Shown piece after piece: positions 59,236 through 64,000 of a DNA stretch of 64,000 bases. Numbering within the stretch: position 1 is the first letter of the stretch; each line of letters starts with the position of its first letter. Origin of the DNA: a bacterium. Its GTDB lineage: Bacteria > Patescibacteriota > Patescibacteriia > Patescibacteriales > UBA12465. A model generated the notes under the pieces. It was not told where the DNA came from. It ran no database searches and saw only the letters and a list, made by a program, of their open reading frames with translations. Location of the stretch: positions 30,537-94,536 of the forward strand of contig DAONYH010000002.1 in assembly GCA_035414245.1 (NCBI GenBank), read 5' to 3'. Position numbers and translations under genes: made by a program.

Positions 59236-60604
59236 GACTGCCCTGTTTAATTTTTCTCTGGAATAAAAAAATAATTAAACTTAACAATAAATAATAAATA
59301 AACGCTTCAAACCAATTAAAATCCTCAACTATTTTTACTGCCCAAGGAAAAGCAGCTAAATAACGCGCCAGAGAAAAAATATAAAACAATAAAAAGTAGG
59401 CGGGCGCGAATAACCAAGGACCAAGCAAAGGAAAAATTGCCCCCGGAATCAGTGATATCAAGATGAGTGGTGCTATTAAGGCGATGAATAAAAAAGGAAA
59501 AGTCCAAATCACTAAAATATTGGCCAAGGGTGAAATAAGCGATACTTGTTTAAAATTAATAAGCATAATTGGCATGGTAGTTATTTGACAGGCCAAAGTA
59601 ATACTTAAAACATCAGTCAGATTTTTGAAAAATGTAAGCAGAAACCCATTTAAATATTTAGGATATATTTTTTTAATGGCACTAAAAAGCGGATAAAGAT
59701 AGATGATACCTAAAACTGCTAAATATGATAATTGAAAACCCAGATCCGCTCTTAAAAGTTGAGGATTAAAAATTAGCATGAGTGCCGCCGAAAACACTAC
59801 TGCTCGGATTGAAGTGATTAGTCGTCCTTCATAAAAAGCCAACAGCACCAACAAACCCATTAAACCCGCTCTGACCGCTGAAGCACTTAAACCTGTAAAA
59901 ATAGGATAGATAATTAAAAAAATTGAGTTAACCAGTAATGCTAGCCGACGTGGAAACCTAAAAAATAAAGTTAATTTTACTATCAAAGCACTTAAAACAA
60001 CCAAGTGAGTACCAGAAATAGCAATTAAATGACTTAAGCCGGTGCGCGCAAAAGCTTCTTGGTCAGCTGCCAAAATTTGTCGCTTTTCTCCTAAAAATAT
60101 AGCCTTAGCCAAACCTGCTTCCGGTTCTTCTAGGGAGCGCTCAAAAATTATTTTAATTTTTTGTTTAAATTTAAAAAGGGGGAAAAATAAAAACTGACTC
60201 CAATTATTAATTGATGCTTTTTTAATCAGCTTCAACTTAGGATAATACATCACTGAATAAATATTACTTTTTCCTAAATAGCGCTGATAATCAAAATTTT
60301 CTAAAATTGGTGGCGCTTCCAATTGTCCTGTGATTTCTAAAACATCACCATAATTATATTGAGGATATAAATTAGTCGTGATTAAAATTTTGTCTGGTAA
60401 ACAAACTATTAAACGCCGAGTTTTATAATCCACTTCTGCCTCCTCGCAAACCCGCCCCTGAAAAGTAATTTTTTGCCCATGATAAGCAAGTAAATCACTG
60501 GCTAATTTCTGTTTGGAAAAAGAATTAGATTTAAAACCAACAATAAAAATCAACCCAATCAAAGTTAAGTTGAAGTAAAAAAATATTCGTGATTTTGATA
60601 ACAT
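59216..60604 (-). CDS. comEC: ComEC/Rec2-family DNA internalisation channel, short form without a metallo-beta-lactamase domain
   Basis: 462 aa. It has an OB-like N-terminus (DUF4131-type) and a polytopic competence domain (GLSHLIAISGTHL). Confidence 0.8.
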   Translation of the reverse strand: MLSKSRIFFYFNLTLIGLIFIVGFKSNSFSKQKLASDLLAYHGQKITFQGRVCEEAEVDYKTRRLIVCLPDKILITTNLYPQYNYGDVLEITGQLEAPPILENFDYQRYLGKSNIYSVMYYPKLKLIKKASINNWSQFLFFPLFKFKQKIKIIFERSLEEPEAGLAKAIFLGEKRQILAADQEAFARTGLSHLIAISGTHLVVLSALIVKLTLFFRFPRRLALLVNSIFLIIYPIFTGLSASAVRAGLMGLLVLLAFYEGRLITSIRAVVFSAALMLIFNPQLLRADLGFQLSYLAVLGIIYLYPLFSAIKKIYPKYLNGFLLTFFKNLTDVLSITLACQITTMPIMLINFKQVSLISPLANILVIWTFPFLFIALIAPLILISLIPGAIFPLLGPWLFAPAYFLLFYIFSLARYLAAFPWAVKIVEDFNWFEAFIYYLLLSLIIFLFQRKIKQGSQTKAPP

Positions 60605-60605
60605 A

Positions 60606-60629
60606 AAATACCTCTTGCAGGAGGTATTT
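60606..60629 (-). terminator. prfB terminator hairpin ending 1 nt before the comEC ATG
   Basis: 9-bp stem aaatacctc/gaggtattt. The minus strand reads ...AAGAGGTATTTTATG. Confidence 0.5.
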
Positions 60630-60658
60630 TAAAATAACAAGCTTAATCTAAACTTAAA

Positions 60659-61765
60659 TTATTGTTTTAAATATTTTAAATAAGCCTCAATAAATAATTC
60701 TAAATCACCATCTAGCACCGCCTCAACATCGGTTGTTTCTTCATTGCTACGGTGATCTTTAATTAATTTATTGCCATACAAAAAATATGATCTAATTTGT
60801 TTTCCCCATTCCGCTTTTTTTACACCACCCTTTAAAACTTTTTCCTGTTCTTCACGTTTAGTTAATAAACGTTGATTAAGTTTGGCTTTTAACAACTTGA
60901 GTGCATTCTCACGATTCTGATGTTGAGAACGTTCAGTTTGACAACTAACCACCAGGCCGGTTGGCAAATGCGTAATTCTAACGGCTGAATCAGTGGTATT
61001 AACGCTTTGACCGCCCGGACCACTGGAGCGAAAAACATCAAGGCGTAAATCATCTTCCTTCAACTCCACTTCGCTCTCACTCAACTCGGGAATAACTTCC
61101 ACTAAAGCAAAAGAAGTTTGACGCAAACCATCAGCATTGAAAGGCGAATTGCGCAATAAGCGATGCACCCCGTTTTCACTTTTCAAATAACCATAAGCAT
61201 AGGCGCCAACAATTCTTAAGTCCACACTTTTAAGGCCGGCCTCGGTTCCATAATTACGATCTAAAATTTCTACTTTAAACTTTTCTCTTTCACTAAATCT
61301 GAGATACATGCGCTCTAACATTTGTGTCCAATCTTGCGCATCAACCCCGCCGGTACCGGCGTGAATTGATAAAATGGCATTTAAGCGATCAAACTCGCCG
61401 GAAAATAATGATAAAAATTCTAAACGAGAAAATTCTTTTTCCAATTCCAAATATTTATTTTCTAAATCCTGACTTAAATCAGTTAAAGATAAATCACTAT
61501 TATCTTCTCTACTGGTTAAAGCAATCATCTCTTCTAGTTCTCTTATTTCTAGTCCGATTTTCTCCCAAGTATTAATTTCATCCGCCAATTCCTCTACTTC
61601 CTTACTAACTTTGACAGCTTGAGTTTGATCAGACCAAAAATCAGGAGCACTCATTTTTAAACGCAGTTCCCTTTCTTTGACTTGTTTTCCATCAATATCT
61701 AAGAGCGCTTTTATTTGTAAAAAACGCTGACGCAAATCTTCAATTTTTTTTAATAAAACTTCCAT
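60659..61765 (-). CDS. prfB: Peptide chain release factor 2, encoded in a single frame with no programmed frameshift
   Basis: SPF tripeptide (RNSPFNA) and GGQ motif (SGPGGQSVNTTDSAVRITHLPTG). Confidence 0.9.
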   Translation of the reverse strand: MEVLLKKIEDLRQRFLQIKALLDIDGKQVKERELRLKMSAPDFWSDQTQAVKVSKEVEELADEINTWEKIGLEIRELEEMIALTSREDNSDLSLTDLSQDLENKYLELEKEFSRLEFLSLFSGEFDRLNAILSIHAGTGGVDAQDWTQMLERMYLRFSEREKFKVEILDRNYGTEAGLKSVDLRIVGAYAYGYLKSENGVHRLLRNSPFNADGLRQTSFALVEVIPELSESEVELKEDDLRLDVFRSSGPGGQSVNTTDSAVRITHLPTGLVVSCQTERSQHQNRENALKLLKAKLNQRLLTKREEQEKVLKGGVKKAEWGKQIRSYFLYGNKLIKDHRSNEETTDVEAVLDGDLELFIEAYLKYLKQ

Positions 61766-61783
61766 AATTAAAATTTAATTAAA

Positions 61784-61857
61784 ACATAACCACATTTAAA
61801 GTATAACCTTATTTAAAGCATAACCGTATTTAAAGTATAGCCATAATTAAAGTATAA
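61784..61857. repeat. 17-nt x4.35 tandem repeat upstream of prfB
   Basis: cataaccacatttaaag / tataaccttatttaaag / cataaccgtatttaaag / tatagccataattaaag / tataac. Confidence 0.9.
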
Positions 61858-61926
61858 CAAAATAAATTTAAAACGCACACACACTAAGACGAATATTTTA
61901 AATTCTTATAAAATCCCTCTTTATAC

Positions 61927-61952
61927 AAAAATCCCCTAAATTAGGGGATTTT
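61927..61952 (-). terminator. Terminator after rpsI
   Basis: aaaatcccctaa-a-ttaggggatttt palindrome with T/A runs. Confidence 0.6.
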
Positions 61953-61989
61953 AATATATAAACGAATACAATATCAAAAATAATTCGGT

Positions 61990-62487
61990 TTAACGTTTTG
62001 ACCATTGTGGTGCTTTTCTTGCCTTCTTTAAACCTGGTTTCTTTCTTTCTACTTGTCGAGGATCACGAGTTAAGAAACCATTAACCTTTAAAGCTTCCTT
62101 GGTTTCTGGATCAGTCGCTAAAATTGCACGGGCAATTCCTAATTTTATTGCTCCTATTTGGCCAGATTGACCACCGCCTTTTACTAAAACCGAAAAATTA
62201 TAATCACGTTGATGACCGGTTACTTTAAGCGGTTGAGCAATTACACTATAACCTTCGCCAGTAAAATATTCAGCGGCTCGCTTACCATTAACCATAATAA
62301 TGCCTTTACCTTTTTTATATAAACGCACTTGAGCAACGGATTGTTTGCGACGACCAATGGCTTTAATATAATCGCCTTTAAATTCAGCGGTTTCATTTTT
62401 CGCCCAGTCTTTTTCGTCAACTTGATTATCTTGTGTAGCGGCTGCCAACTCTTCTTCCTTGGCAACTTTTGTCTTTTTTTCTGCCAT
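61990..62487 (-). CDS. rpsI: 30S ribosomal protein S9, with an acidic N-terminal extension
   Basis: GRRKQSVAQV...KKARKAPQWSKR. Confidence 0.93.
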   Translation of the reverse strand: MAEKKTKVAKEEELAAATQDNQVDEKDWAKNETAEFKGDYIKAIGRRKQSVAQVRLYKKGKGIIMVNGKRAAEYFTGEGYSVIAQPLKVTGHQRDYNFSVLVKGGGQSGQIGAIKLGIARAILATDPETKEALKVNGFLTRDPRQVERKKPGLKKARKAPQWSKR

Positions 62488-62489
62488 AT

Positions 62490-62846
62490 TTATTTGATAA
62501 TTAATCTTTTGAGCATGTCAGGGCGCAATTTTGTTGGAGGAAGCATTTCTTTAACCGCGCGTCTTAACACTTCGCCCGGATTTAACGCATAAATTGCCGA
62601 CATTTTCTTTGTTTTTAAACCACTCAAATAACCAGAATAATGATGATATTCTTTCTGTTCTAATTTCTTGCCAGTAAATTTAAGTTTAGAAATATTTATT
62701 ACTTCAACAATATCACCCAAATCTAAATGCGCTTGGTATTCAGGTTTATTTTTACCACGTAAAAGATGGGCAATTTTTGTTGCTAAGCGACCAACGGTTT
62801 GATCAGTAGCATCAATTTGATGTGTTTTCCTTTCTACTTTCTTCAT
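62490..62846 (-). CDS. rplM: 50S ribosomal protein L13 (short, 118 aa)
   Basis: IDATDQTVGRLATKIAHLLRGKNKPEY. Confidence 0.9.
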   Translation of the reverse strand: MKKVERKTHQIDATDQTVGRLATKIAHLLRGKNKPEYQAHLDLGDIVEVINISKLKFTGKKLEQKEYHHYSGYLSGLKTKKMSAIYALNPGEVLRRAVKEMLPPTKLRPDMLKRLIIK

Positions 62847-62850
62847 ATTT

Positions 62851-63201
62851 TTAAACTAATTCAATTTGAACCATTTCCGCGCCGTCGCCCTGTCTGGGTC
62901 CAAGCTTGGTAATTCTAGTATAACCACCGGGACGACTTTTATAACGTTCACCTAAAACTTCCATAGCTTTTCTAACAGCATTCTTTTGTAATAAAACTTT
63001 AATTAAACCACGTCGAGCGGCTAAATCGCCGGCTTTAGACGAAGTAATCATTTTTTCTACCAACGGTCTAACCGCGGCGGCTTTCGCTTTAGTAGTTTTC
63101 ACTTTTTCGTATAAAATAAGACTGGACGCTAAATTTCGTAACATTAATTCGCGTGGTCCTTTTTTTCGATCAAGAATTTTATTTTTATTTCTGTGACGCA
63201 T
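62851..63201 (-). CDS. rplQ: 50S ribosomal protein L17
   Basis: MRHRNKNKILDRKKGPRELMLRNL. Confidence 0.93.
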   Translation of the reverse strand: MRHRNKNKILDRKKGPRELMLRNLASSLILYEKVKTTKAKAAAVRPLVEKMITSSKAGDLAARRGLIKVLLQKNAVRKAMEVLGERYKSRPGGYTRITKLGPRQGDGAEMVQIELV

Positions 63202-63262
63202 AAGTCCCTAGGATTATCCGAATCGCTTATAAAGCGGGCGGCTTACAAATTTATTATTTCTA

Positions 63263-64000
63263 TTATTTCTTTGTTTTCTTAACTTTTTTTTCTTTTTTCT
63301 CTGGTTTGGCCTTTTCTTCTTTTTCTTTTTTTTCTTCTTTCTCTTCTTTTTTGTCTTCTTTTTTCTCTTCTTCTGTTTCTAAAACTTCCTCATCATTCAT
63401 TTCCGGTGTTTCCTTTTTTTCTTCTCCTTCTTGTTCTTCCGCTTGTTTAGCTAAAGCACCGGGTAAAAGCGCGCTAAATTGATCAACTAAAATTTTAATG
63501 GATTCATTAAAAGCGGTTTCCGGAGAAATAGTACCATCTGTTTTGACATCCAAAATTAATTTATCCCAGTTAGTCATTTTACCAACGCGAGTATTTTCTA
63601 CCTTAATACTCACATTAACCACTGGCGAAAAAACGGAATCAACTTCAATAAAACCAATTTCTTTGTTTTCTCGTTTACTGCCTTCAACCATTTTATAACC
63701 ACGACCACTTTTGACAATTATTTCCGCATCTAAACTACCCGCCTCATCAGTGATGTGCGCGATTATTAAATCCGGATTAACAATTTCAACTTCACTGTTC
63801 TTAGCGATGTCGCCTGCGGTAACCACTTTTTTTCCTTTTACTTTTAAGGATAAACGCACATCTTCATCAGTAAACATCTTGAGTCTTAGTTGTTTGAAAT
63901 TCAAAATCATTTCTAAAACATCTTCCTTAATACCGGAAAGAGCCATGAATTCATGACTAGCGCCCTTAATTTTGACACCAGTAACCGCCGCTCCCGGAAG
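63263..64000 (-). CDS. rpoA: DNA-directed RNA polymerase alpha subunit, 5'-partial. The N-terminal domain is present and no recognisable alpha-CTD follows.
   Basis: The frame stays open to base 64000: LPGAAVTGVKIKGASHEFMALSGIKEDVLEMILNFK aligns to the E. coli alpha-NTD. The protein ends in an approximately 55-aa Glu/Lys tail. Confidence 0.9.
   Translation of the reverse strand, partial: LPGAAVTGVKIKGASHEFMALSGIKEDVLEMILNFKQLRLKMFTDEDVRLSLKVKGKKVVTAGDIAKNSEVEIVNPDLIIAHITDEAGSLDAEIIVKSGRGYKMVEGSKRENKEIGFIEVDSVFSPVVNVSIKVENTRVGKMTNWDKLILDVKTDGTISPETAFNESIKILVDQFSALLPGALAKQAEEQEGEEKKETPEMNDEEVLETEEEKKEDKKEEKEEKKEKEEKAKPEKKEKKVKKTKK

Noticed and set aside
61600-61765. Programmed +1 frameshift site in prfB
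   Set aside because: RF2 is encoded in one continuous frame from its ATG. No in-frame UGA or CUU UGA motif occurs near codon 25. Frameshift-less prfB genes are common, so this is not notable.
60659-61765. Alternative genetic code (UGA recoding as in Gracilibacteria/Absconditabacteria)
   Set aside because: All conserved genes translate at full length under the standard code. In addition an RF2 with an intact SPF motif, which recognises UGA, is present.

Overview
The window is visibly AT-rich bacterial DNA, with almost all genes on the minus strand. The gene content suggests a small-genome, CPR/Patescibacteria-like organism, though this is inference and not proven from the sequence. The supporting points are that no rpmD (L30) lies between rpsE and rplO, that start codons lack Shine-Dalgarno motifs, and that a DUF5671-like protein, a pilin, a sortase and a short ComEC are present.

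The backbone from 30.4 to 64 kb carries the following, in minus-strand order from 64 kb downward:
- rpoA (5'-partial)-rplQ, rplM-rpsI, prfB and comEC, with rpmB on the plus strand and an M50 protease
- an uninterrupted rpsL-rpsG-fusA-(orphan)-tuf-rpsJ-rplC...rplO-secY block
- two unknown genes, then map-ruvX-recO, scpA-scpB, a D-Ala-D-Ala carboxypeptidase and gtrA
- dnaG-rpoD

The accessory part from 0 to 30 kb contains four things of note:
1. A cell-surface locus at 5.2-12.2 kb. It holds a type IV pilin, a CAP/SCP protein, a sortase and a 1232-aa cysteine-rich protein. That protein ends in LAETG + TM + KKK and carries five eukaryote-like thrombospondin type-1 (ADAMTS-style) repeats.
2. Ion transport genes: a CaCA exchanger and a P2-type ATPase. 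The ATPase is followed by an 18-nt x5 repeat that can encode a 40-aa hexad-repeat micropeptide.
3. A two-gene cassette of unknown function at 16.1-18.0 kb.
4. A more AT-rich islet next to tRNA-Asn, at roughly 25.6-30.2 kb. It carries a fused m5C + N6A/N4C DNA methyltransferase and an HNH endonuclease.

Short perfect or near-perfect tandem microduplications recur across the window. They are mostly 15 or 21 nt long and sit exactly at gene boundaries; several duplicate a gene's last codons plus its stop codon.

I found no CRISPR array, rRNA, transposase, integrase or reverse transcriptase. All functional calls rest on motif recognition by eye, and no database search was run.
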